Assembly: GCF_030152825.1 (NCBI RefSeq)
Contig: NZ_JASLIP010000037.1
Location: forward strand, 13,814-77,813
DNA: 64,000 bases
Origin: Corynebacterium sp.
GTDB lineage: Bacteria; Actinomycetota; Actinomycetes; Mycobacteriales; Mycobacteriaceae
Direction of reading: 5' to 3'
Below are positions 54,778-64,000 of the stretch, piece after piece. Under the pieces are notes generated by a model, which was not told the DNA's origin, did no database searches, and worked only from the letters and a program-made list of their open reading frames with translations. Each line of letters opens with the position of its first letter. Position 1 is the first letter of the stretch. Position numbers and translations under genes: made by a program.

Positions 54778-55761
54778 TTATTCGCAGACCATGGCCACGC
54801 CGATCGCGCCCGGACCGGTGTGGACCGCGAGCCCTTCGGAGACCTCGTAGAGCTCGACGTCGACCTCAGGCAGGGCCGGTGGCGTCGGCCCAGCCGAATC
54901 ACCCCCATCGGCAGTCTCCGCCGTGGCCTCCTGCGCAGTCTTCGTCGCCTTGTCGGCTTTATCAGCCTTCTCTGCCTTCTCGGACTTCTTCGACTTCTCC
55001 GTCTTCAGGGCCCGCTCCACCAGCTCCGCCGGGAGTTCAGCCAGCCGCCCCTCGATCATCTGCTTCAGGTGATTGGCCGGTTCCACGGCCTCCGACTGCA
55101 TGATCCCGACCTTCATGCGCCGGGGCTTCCGCCCTTCCTCGGCCGCGGCATCAACCTCCGCCACGACGACCTCGCTGGCCATCTCCACCAGCTTCGCCAT
55201 CGCCTTGGCCTGGGTGCGGGTCTTCGCCGCCAGCTGCAGCTCCCCGTCCGCAAGCTTGAGGATCGGCTTAATCGCCAGAGCGGTGGTCAGCAGCGTGCGC
55301 GCGGTGGACAGGCGCCCACCCCGGCGAAGGCTATCGATCTTGTGCACATACAGCCACAGGGTCGCGGTGCTCAGCACCCGGTCTGCGGCATCAGCCACCT
55401 CGTCGAGGCTGCCCCCGGCGCGAGCCACCCGGGCGGCCTCCAGTGCGGCGTAGCCGAGCGTCATACCCGCCGTGTTCGTGTCCATGACGCGCACCTTGCC
55501 CTCCAACACCCCAGCGGCAGTCACGGCGTTAGACCAGGTAGAGGACAGCTCCTTGGACAGATGCAGCGCGACCACGCCTTCGTCGCCGCTGCGTTCCAGC
55601 AGGCGGGCATAGTTTGCGGTCAGCTCCAATGCGCCCAGCCCCGCGGTGGTCTTCTCTGCCCCCTGCCCCGAGGTGTAGAGATCCACCACCGTCACGCCCG
55701 CGGCGTCGGCGAGCTCGCGGGGCAGGCAGCTGGAGGAATCCGTGATCACATGAACGGTCAC
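54778..55761 (-). CDS. DegV family fatty-acid-binding protein
   Basis: VHVITDSSSCLP N-terminus and HTGPGAIGVA C-terminus, with a Lys/Glu/Ala-rich insertion between them. Confidence 0.85.
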   Translation of the reverse strand: MTVHVITDSSSCLPRELADAAGVTVVDLYTSGQGAEKTTAGLGALELTANYARLLERSGDEGVVALHLSKELSSTWSNAVTAAGVLEGKVRVMDTNTAGMTLGYAALEAARVARAGGSLDEVADAADRVLSTATLWLYVHKIDSLRRGGRLSTARTLLTTALAIKPILKLADGELQLAAKTRTQAKAMAKLVEMASEVVVAEVDAAAEEGRKPRRMKVGIMQSEAVEPANHLKQMIEGRLAELPAELVERALKTEKSKKSEKAEKADKADKATKTAQEATAETADGGDSAGPTPPALPEVDVELYEVSEGLAVHTGPGAIGVAMVCE

Positions 55762-56531
55762 CGTACTGCTCCCCCTTCATCCGGGTTCTCCAGCTGCTGA
55801 CCCGAATCCTGCACTCCGATGTTCCAGCCCTCCAGGTACCAACGCGGGCTGCGCCACCACTCAGACTCGGCGTCCGGCACCTCCGGGACGGTCGAACCGT
55901 CCACCGCAGGCGCGGTCTGCGGCCCATCCCCCTGCTCAGTCACCGGGAAGCGCGGGCGCGCCACCAGCTCGGCCCAGCGCGCGTTGCCGAGCCGGGCGAA
56001 TACCGGGTAGTGCTCCGCCGGGACGTCCAGCAAGCGCGAGGTCAGTGCCGCGATCGACCCGCCGTGCGCCACCACCAGCACCGTGCCCTCGAAGGCATCG
56101 GAGGCCATGAGGTCGGCGATCCCAGCGGCGGTGCGCTCGGCCACATCCAGCCGGGTCTCCCCACGCGGTGGTGACCAGCGCGGATCATGGCGCCAATAGG
56201 CCCGCTGGCCGGGGTACTGCTCATCGATTTCGGTGTGCGACCCGCCCTGCCAGTCCCCCAGGTGCGTTTCCCGGAAGCGGGGGTCGACGTCGACGTCCAG
56301 CCCCCAGGCCTCGGCGACGATACTCGCCGTCTCCACCGCGCGCTCCAGGTCGGAGGCGACCACCTTCGTGACATCCCAGTCGCGGGCCACCGCGGCGACG
56401 TCGCGGGCTTGCTGCCGGCCGACCTCCGATAGCGGGGTGTCCAGCTGACCCTGCATGCGCCCCGCGGAGTTGTACTCCGTCTCTCCGTGGCGCATCAGGA
56501 TGAGCCTGCGCTGGCTCGCGTTAGTGGTCAT
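55758..56531 (-). CDS. Histidine phosphatase family protein (GpgP/Rv2419c-like)
   Basis: LILMRHGETEYN and VVAHGG motifs. ATGA overlap with degV. Confidence 0.85.
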   Translation of the reverse strand: MTTNASQRRLILMRHGETEYNSAGRMQGQLDTPLSEVGRQQARDVAAVARDWDVTKVVASDLERAVETASIVAEAWGLDVDVDPRFRETHLGDWQGGSHTEIDEQYPGQRAYWRHDPRWSPPRGETRLDVAERTAAGIADLMASDAFEGTVLVVAHGGSIAALTSRLLDVPAEHYPVFARLGNARWAELVARPRFPVTEQGDGPQTAPAVDGSTVPEVPDAESEWWRSPRWYLEGWNIGVQDSGQQLENPDEGGAVR

Positions 56532-56570
56532 GGCGGTGTTCTTCTCGGTCGTGTTGGATTTTTGCTGGTT

Positions 56571-57044
56571 TTAGATCTCGTCGGCGTCGGGCTCTGGACC
56601 AGCCAGCGGCAGGTCGTCGATGGTCTGGACGTCGAGGACATCCACCTCAGCGTCCGGGGCCCAGTTGTCACCACGGTCGACCTGCTCCACGCCCTCGACC
56701 TCGATCTGCGGGACGTCGAGGAAGAGACGGTCCAGCGCGTAGTACTCGCGCTCGGCGCGGCGCTGCACGTGGACGACGACGTCGCCGTAGTCCAGCAGCA
56801 CCCACAGTCCCTCGCCGCGGCCCTCGCGGCGCAGGGGCTTCGTGCCATTTTCGGCCAGGTGATCCTCGACTTCGTCAACGATGGACTGCACGTGGCGCTC
56901 GTTATCGCCGGTGACGATGACGAAGCAGTCGATAATGGCCAGGCGGTTGGAGACGTCGATGACGAGGATGTCTTCGCCCTTCTTCTCATCTGCCGCCTGG
57001 GCAGCGAGACCGGCGAGGGCGATGGATTCTGGTTGTGCGGTCAA
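56571..57044 (-). CDS. rsfS: Ribosome silencing factor RsfS
   Basis: DILVIDVS...DCFVIVTG...WVLLDYGDVVVHV. TTG start after GAAAGG. Confidence 0.9.
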   Translation of the reverse strand: MTAQPESIALAGLAAQAADEKKGEDILVIDVSNRLAIIDCFVIVTGDNERHVQSIVDEVEDHLAENGTKPLRREGRGEGLWVLLDYGDVVVHVQRRAEREYYALDRLFLDVPQIEVEGVEQVDRGDNWAPDAEVDVLDVQTIDDLPLAGPEPDADEI

Positions 57045-57161
57045 GCGAAACCTTTCTAAAGAAGTATGCTCTGGCTCCCATGATAGCGGGGCACCCGCGA
57101 GGGTTCCGCCTGTTCCCGGCGCGTCGGGCAGCGCGGGGCGCCGTGGGTTGCTGAATGGCGC

Positions 57162-57812
57162 CTAATCCACGTACATGCGGTGCTTGGCGATGTACTGCAC
57201 CACCCCGTCGGGGACGAGGTACCATACCGGTCGACCGCTCTTCGCGCGCTCCCGGCAGTCCGTGGAGGAGATCGCCATCGCGGGGATCTCCACCAGGCTG
57301 AGCCGCCCGGCTTCTACTTCCCGGGCCAGCGGGGAGTCCAGCATCGAGAGCTCGTAACCAGGCCGGGTCACCCCGACGAAGTTTGCCAGGTCGAACATGG
57401 ATTCCCAGTCCCGCCAGGTGATGATCTGGTTCAGCGCGTCCGCGCCGGTGATGAAGAACAGCTCCGCGTCCGGGTAGATCTTGCGCATATCCGCCAGCGT
57501 GTCGACCGTGTAGGTGTTTCCCCCACGGTCGATGTCCGCCCGTGAGACCCGGAAACTCGGGTTCGCGGCCGTCGCGATGACGGTCATCAGGTAGCGGTCC
57601 TCTGCCGGGGAGACCCGCTTGCCCTTCTTCTGCCAGGGCTGCCCGGTGGGGACGAAGACGACGACGTCCAGGTCGAAGCGGTCCGCGACCTCGCTCGCGG
57701 CGACCAGGTGGCCATTGTGGATGGGGTCAAAAGTCCCACCCATGACGCCGACGCGGCGCGGCGAGTCGGGGGTCGCGGGAGCCTCCGCGGCCGGGGACGG
57801 GGTGTTAGTCAT
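57162..57812 (-). CDS. nadD: Nicotinate-nucleotide adenylyltransferase
   Basis: [14 protein letters not shown] and ISSTxxR motifs. Confidence 0.92.
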   Translation of the reverse strand: MTNTPSPAAEAPATPDSPRRVGVMGGTFDPIHNGHLVAASEVADRFDLDVVVFVPTGQPWQKKGKRVSPAEDRYLMTVIATAANPSFRVSRADIDRGGNTYTVDTLADMRKIYPDAELFFITGADALNQIITWRDWESMFDLANFVGVTRPGYELSMLDSPLAREVEAGRLSLVEIPAMAISSTDCRERAKSGRPVWYLVPDGVVQYIAKHRMYVD

Positions 57813-57863
57813 GCTGCTTAGGCTAGCGCACCGGGGTCGCGGGGCCGGTGCGCACTGTGTCGC

Positions 57864-59156
57864 CTAGGGACGGGTCTGGCCCTCACCAGTGAGCACCCAC
57901 TTGGTGCTCGTGAGCTCCGGAAGACCCATCGGCCCGCGGGCGTGCAGCTTCTGGGTGGAAATGCCGATCTCGGCGCCGAAGCCGAACTCCTCGCCATCCG
58001 TCCAGGCGGTGGAGGTGTTCAGGGAGAGCGCGGCGGCATCCACGTGCTTCTCGAAGTAGCGCAGCACCTCGTAGTCGCGCGCGGAGATCCCCTCAGTGTG
58101 GCCGGAGCTGTAGGTGGTGATGTGCTCCACCGCGCCGCGCACCCCGTCCACGATCGCGGCGGCGATGTCGAAGCTCAAGTACTCGTCGGTCCAGTCCTCC
58201 TCGGTGGCTTCCACCACGTCCTCGGCCAGGCTATCCAGCTCGGCCTTCACGCCGTGGACGCGCACGCCGGCGGCAGCCAGTTCGGCGAAGACGCGCTTCT
58301 TGGCGTCTTCAGAGAGGGCCGCATCCAGCAGAACGGCCTCGGTCGCATTGCACACCGAGCAGCGGCGGGTCTTACCGTTGAGCAGCAGCTCGATCGCCTC
58401 GTCCAGGTCGGCGGAGGCGTCGATGTAGAAGTGGCACTTGCCCGTGCCCGTCTCGATCGCGGGAACGGTCGCGTTCAGAACAACCGCCTCGATCAGGCGC
58501 GCCCCACCGCGCGGAATGACGACGTCGACAAGGCCGCGGGCAGTGACCAGGTCCTGGACGGAGTCGTGGCTATCGCACGGCAGCAGCTGGACGATGTCGC
58601 GGGTAAGGCCCTGCTCGGCGGCGACGTCCTGCAGCAGCTCCACCAGCTTCTCGTTGGTCTGGCGGGCGGAGCGGGAGCCGCGCAGCAGCGGGACGTTGCC
58701 GGACTTGATGGCCAGGCCGAAGGCGTCGACGGTGACGTTCGGGCGGGCCTCGTAGACCATGCCCATCACGCCGAGCGGGGTGCGGACCTGCTTGAGGTCG
58801 ATGCCGTTCGGGCGGGTGTGGCCGCGGACGACCTCTCCCACCGGGTCCGGCAGGCCGACGATCTGGCGCAGCCCGCCGGCGATGCCTTCGATGCGGCCGG
58901 CGTCCAGGGCGAGACGGTCGATCAGAGCCTCGTCGAAACCGGCCTCGCGGCCCGCGGCGACGTCCTTGGCATTGGCCTCGAGGATCGCGTCAGTGTTGGC
59001 GATCAGCGCCTCGGCGGCGGCGAGCAGTAGGTCATTCTTCTGCTGGGTGGTGAGCACGACCCGGCTGGCCTGCTTCGCCTTGGCGGCCTTCTCGAGCACT
59101 TCTTCGCGCTCGGCTTGACGCTGTGGGGAAAGGTTATCGTTCTTTTCGCTCATCAT
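57864..59156 (-). CDS. proA: Glutamate-5-semialdehyde dehydrogenase
   Basis: Full-length ProA-like sequence with the catalytic Cys in CNATE. Confidence 0.95.
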   Translation of the reverse strand: MMSEKNDNLSPQRQAEREEVLEKAAKAKQASRVVLTTQQKNDLLLAAAEALIANTDAILEANAKDVAAGREAGFDEALIDRLALDAGRIEGIAGGLRQIVGLPDPVGEVVRGHTRPNGIDLKQVRTPLGVMGMVYEARPNVTVDAFGLAIKSGNVPLLRGSRSARQTNEKLVELLQDVAAEQGLTRDIVQLLPCDSHDSVQDLVTARGLVDVVIPRGGARLIEAVVLNATVPAIETGTGKCHFYIDASADLDEAIELLLNGKTRRCSVCNATEAVLLDAALSEDAKKRVFAELAAAGVRVHGVKAELDSLAEDVVEATEEDWTDEYLSFDIAAAIVDGVRGAVEHITTYSSGHTEGISARDYEVLRYFEKHVDAAALSLNTSTAWTDGEEFGFGAEIGISTQKLHARGPMGLPELTSTKWVLTGEGQTRP

Positions 59157-59215
59157 GCCTCTTCATACTAGGGAAAATTTGGGGTTGCCTCTGGTGGGGC
59201 TCCGGAATCGCGTGA

Positions 59216-60427
59216 CTAAATAAGCAGCTGCTGGCGGCGGGGCGGCTGGCGGTTGGCGTAATAAGAGAGGTAATCGGTGTGAATCACGGGGCGCTGCGCG
59301 TCGCCCGGAAGCTCCGAGGTGTGGCGCCCCAGCATCGGAACCAGGTCGGTGGCGTCGTAGTTGACCTCGCCGCGACCGAAGATCTTTCCGTCGCTGTCCA
59401 CGAGGTCCACGATGTCGCCACGGTGGAAGTCACCCATGACCTGGGTGACACCGACTGCGAGGAGGGATTTGTTCCCGTCGACCACGGCCGCCTTCGCTCC
59501 GTCGTCGAGCTGCAGTGCGCCGCGGGACTCGGCGGCGTAGAGCACCCAGAACTTCCAGGCGGACAGGCGGTCCTCCTTCGGCCAGAAGCAGGTGCCCACG
59601 GAGGCGCTTTCCAGGGCGGGGGCGATGTTCTCGGTGGAAGTCAGGAGCACCGGAACGCCCGCGCGGGAGGCGAGGCGGGCCGCGGTGACCTTCGCGGCCA
59701 TGCCGCCGGTGCCGAGGCGACCACCATCGCCGGCTGCGACACCTGAGAGGTCATTGCTGCTGCGCACCTCAGAAACGAACTGCGCGTCCGGCTCGTTCGG
59801 GTTGCGGTCGTAGAGACCGTCGACGTCGGAGAGCAGGACGAGGGCGTCCGCGAAGACGAGGTGGGAGACGATGGCGGCGAGGCGGTCGTTATCGCCGAAG
59901 CGCATCTCGGAGGTCGCGACCGTATCGTTTTCGTTGACGATGGGCACGGCGGAGAGCTGGCGCAGGCGGTCGATGGTGCGCTGCGCGTTGCGGGCGCGGT
60001 CGCGACGGCCGGCGTCGGCGGCGGTCAGGAGAACCTGACCAATAGTGCGGCCATAGCGGGCGAAACTCCGCCCCCACTCCTGGGCGAGCAGCACCTGGCC
60101 TACCGAGGCTGCTGCCTGCTTGGTGGCCAGGTCGCTGGGTCGCCGGCTCAGGCTAAGCGGGTCCATACCCGAGGCCACTGCACCGGAGGAGACGACGATG
60201 AGGTCCGTGTCATCCGCCATGCGAGCTTCCAGAGCATCGGCGATGGTGTCGATGCGAGCGGGGTCCACGCGGCCGGACTCGTCGGTCAGGGACGAGGATC
60301 CGATTTTCACCACCAGTCGCTTGGCATTAGCGATGCGGTGACGCACGGTGCCGGGTTCCGGCAACAGGGTGGCATCTAGCTGCTGTGTGGGCATTGAATT
60401 TTCGTTGCTCGCTGCAGACATGCCCAC
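59216..60427 (-). CDS. proB: Glutamate 5-kinase
   Basis: AA-kinase domain ([16 protein letters not shown]) plus a C-terminal PUA domain. Confidence 0.95.
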   Translation of the reverse strand: MGMSAASNENSMPTQQLDATLLPEPGTVRHRIANAKRLVVKIGSSSLTDESGRVDPARIDTIADALEARMADDTDLIVVSSGAVASGMDPLSLSRRPSDLATKQAAASVGQVLLAQEWGRSFARYGRTIGQVLLTAADAGRRDRARNAQRTIDRLRQLSAVPIVNENDTVATSEMRFGDNDRLAAIVSHLVFADALVLLSDVDGLYDRNPNEPDAQFVSEVRSSNDLSGVAAGDGGRLGTGGMAAKVTAARLASRAGVPVLLTSTENIAPALESASVGTCFWPKEDRLSAWKFWVLYAAESRGALQLDDGAKAAVVDGNKSLLAVGVTQVMGDFHRGDIVDLVDSDGKIFGRGEVNYDATDLVPMLGRHTSELPGDAQRPVIHTDYLSYYANRQPPRRQQLLI

Positions 60428-60504
60428 CAGTATGCCAAATTACTTATGAAAACCCAGGCTTTTGAGTTATCTAAACGTTATCTCACTCGGTACTCAGGGC
60501 GTCA

Positions 60505-62046
<1,542 letters not shown>

Positions 62047-62059
62047 TCAAATTTTAGCG

Positions 62060-62116
62060 AATAATGCAAAGAAGCTCCCGCCCTCGCCCCGATGGGGCGA
62101 AACGTGCGGGAGCTTC
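62060..62116 (-). terminator. Strong intrinsic terminator or attenuator between rpmA and obg
   Basis: Perfect 11-bp stem GAAGCTCCCGC / GCGGGAGCTTC (62071..62116) enclosing an inner CGCCCC-GGGGCG hairpin. Followed on the minus strand by TTTGCATTATT. Confidence 0.65.
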
Positions 62117-62147
62117 GTGCTCGTGAGGTTTTGAAAAACCGCGGGCC

Positions 62148-62414
62148 TTAAGCCTCGACGGCCTCGTCCTCCACGATGTTCACCAGGCGACGGTTGCGCT
62201 TGGTGGAGAACTGGACGGCGCCAGCCTTCAGTGCGAACAGCGTGTCATCGCCGCCGCGACCAACGTTCACACCTGGGTGGAACTTGGTGCCGCGCTGCCG
62301 GATGAGAATCTCGCCCGCCTTGACCTGCTGGCCGCCGAAGCGCTTAACACCGAGACGCTTTGCCTCGGAGTCGCGACCGTTACTGGAGCTAGAAGCACCC
62401 TTCTTAGTTGCCAT
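62148..62414 (-). CDS. rpmA: 50S ribosomal protein L27
   Basis: [29 protein letters not shown]. Confidence 0.97.
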   Translation of the reverse strand: MATKKGASSSSNGRDSEAKRLGVKRFGGQQVKAGEILIRQRGTKFHPGVNVGRGGDDTLFALKAGAVQFSTKRNRRLVNIVEDEAVEA

Positions 62415-62477
62415 GAGTCTCCCTCCTCGGGAAGAAGTAAGAGCACCCGCGCACTCAGCACGGACGCGTCTCGGTTA

Positions 62478-62780
62478 TTACTTGATGCCGGTGATTTTCA
62501 GCACGGTCAGGGCCTGACGGTGGCCCCAGCGGCGCTTGTATCCGGTCTTGTTCTTGTAGTGCATTCCGCGGATCTTCGGGCCACGAACGTGCTCGACGAT
62601 CTCTGCGTTCACGGCGACGTTTTCCAGCTTGTCGCCGGAGGTCAGATCCGCGCCATCGACGACGAGAACCGGGGTGAGAGCCACGGCGGAACCTGGCTCA
62701 CCCTCGATCTTCTCGACCTTGACGAGGTCACCTTCGGCAACCTTGTACTGCTTGCCGCCGGTCTTGACGATCGCGTACAT
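62478..62780 (-). CDS. rplU: 50S ribosomal protein L21
   Basis: [14 protein letters not shown] at ATG 62780. The longer ORF to 62873 is not supported. Confidence 0.95.
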   Translation of the reverse strand: MYAIVKTGGKQYKVAEGDLVKVEKIEGEPGSAVALTPVLVVDGADLTSGDKLENVAVNAEIVEHVRGPKIRGMHYKNKTGYKRRWGHRQALTVLKITGIK

Positions 62781-63148
62781 GGTAGGGCTACCCCTTATAA
62801 ATCTCTTCGACTCAGGCAGCTCTCGACGACGATCCCACGTGCGACGCGAGCATCCTGACTGGACAATATGCAAAATTAAGTGTGTTCATTTCGGCACAAC
62901 AAGCCGCGCCCGATTAGAGGCGATGAACAACGACTGCCCAATACTACCCAGCCGGGGCCGGAAAACCAAAATCTTTTTGCAGCCCATCGCAGGTAGCGCC
63001 CGGCTCAACCACCGGGCTGTGAAGGGTGGGACTAATGTGGCGAAACCGGCACACGCCACCCCTCCCCGCCCGCGGCCGAGCACACAGAAGTGGCTGATGC
63101 ACAGCCGCGGGGCAAGCGGGCAGCCGTGGTGCTAGCGCAACCGCGAGG

Positions 63149-64000
63149 CTAGCGTCGCGGGTTGCTGCGCACCACCCGGCGGCGCCGACCTCGCGCCCGG
63201 CCCTGGGTCTCCCCCTTCGCCGATTGCTCGGACTTGCCGGCGCTCTGGTTTTCCCGCTTCTGCTCGCCCTTGGGCTGGGCAGCCTCGGGCTGCTTGCCGA
63301 AGTCCTCCGGCTGCGGACGGCGATCCGAGACGGAGTTGCCACGCGTGCGACGGCGACGGCGTGGGGAGTTCTCGAACTCCTTCACCGCCTCCTCGTAGGT
63401 GTTGGCGCCGTATTTCCCAGCACCCCGAGTCCCAGAGCGTCGCGCCCCGGCGTTGCGGCGATCGCCTTCGGAGCCTCGCTTCTGGCCGGAAGGCTGGTCG
63501 CCCTGGCCCTTCTTGTGGGAGTTGTGCTCGCCTGCCTGGCGGGCACCTGCCTGCCGAGCGGCCGGCTTAGAGCGGACCACGCGGCGGCCACGGCGGCGCG
63601 ACCCCTGGGAGCCACGCTCGGGCTTCTCCTGCTCATCCCGCTGCGCCGAGGCGCGATCCTCGCGGGAGGAAATCTTCAGCTCCGGGGCATCGGCGTTCGC
63701 CGCAGACTTGCGCTGGCCGGTGCCGCCGCGCTGCTGGCTAGGTGCCGTGCGCCGAACGATGCGGCGAACCACCCGACGCGGAGCGCGCTCCTGGCCGGCC
63801 TGGGACTCATCGCCTGATCGGCCGGCAGGCTGCTTCTTCTCCGCGGGCCCCTGCTCTGCGCGGGCGGTGGCGTCCTTGACTGCGGAGCTGGAGCGGCGCT
63901 GAACGGAACGGCGACCGCCCCGGCGCGACGTCCTCGTCTCCTGCTTCTGACCCTCGCTGCTCTCCGCAGCGGACTCAAAACCGGACTGGGAACCCTGGCG
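63149..64000 (-). CDS. rne: Ribonuclease E/G family protein, C-terminal Arg-rich tail (5' end lies beyond the window)
   Basis: The frame stays open upstream of the listed ORF 63149..63772 at least to about 63840 and probably to the window edge (not checked by hand to 64000). Highly basic low-complexity tail. Position upstream of rplU-rpmA-obg matches actinobacterial rne. The catalytic domain is not visible, so the call rests on synteny. Confidence 0.6.
   Translation of the reverse strand, partial: RQGSQSGFESAAESSEGQKQETRTSRRGGRRSVQRRSSSAVKDATARAEQGPAEKKQPAGRSGDESQAGQERAPRRVVRRIVRRTAPSQQRGGTGQRKSAANADAPELKISSREDRASAQRDEQEKPERGSQGSRRRGRRVVRSKPAARQAGARQAGEHNSHKKGQGDQPSGQKRGSEGDRRNAGARRSGTRGAGKYGANTYEEAVKEFENSPRRRRRTRGNSVSDRRPQPEDFGKQPEAAQPKGEQKRENQSAGKSEQSAKGETQGRARGRRRRVVRSNPRR

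Overview
GC-rich actinobacterial chromosome segment, most likely Corynebacterium or a close relative. It carries a mycothiol-dependent formaldehyde dehydrogenase, and its gene order follows the M. tuberculosis Rv2343c-Rv2444c backbone: dnaG, dgt, glyQS, zur, uppS, recO, era, ybeY, phoH, rsmE, dnaJ2, hrcA, hemW, then lepA, rpsT, holA, comEC, comEA, degV, a gpgP-like phosphatase, rsfS, nadD, proA, proB, obg, rpmA, rplU and a partial rne. I call about 58 protein-coding genes, mostly on the minus strand, plus several intrinsic terminators and two operator-like palindromes. By eye I found no rRNA, tRNA, CRISPR array, transposase or integrase. The backbone is interrupted by accessory islets. These are copA-csoR with a mycothiol detox pair (1-4.9 kb), a GMC oxidoreductase plus secreted RNase between dgt and dnaG (7.8-10 kb), and a long variable stretch between hemW and lepA (28.3-46.1 kb). 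I did not find a convincing multi-gene novel system such as a defence island, and I say so plainly. The best leads are single-locus oddities visible in the sequence. (1) A lipoprotein substrate-binding gene has an SD-preceded ATG followed directly by an in-frame TAG. (2) A metallophosphoesterase is split by a 1-nt frameshift between two conserved motifs. (3) A barnase/RNase Sa-type secreted RNase has an intact active site and no adjacent inhibitor gene. (4) DnaG has three of its four zinc-ribbon ligands replaced. (5) An ADP-ribosylglycohydrolase has a degenerate C-terminal metal motif. (6) An SNF2 helicase carries an uncharacterised N-terminal region of about 430 aa. (7) A perfect TAGAC-N6-GTCTA (McbR-type) box lies upstream of a C-S lyase. 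(8) A 4 x 15-nt tandem repeat lies upstream of dcp. The many long ORFs antisense to real genes are GC-driven artefacts.
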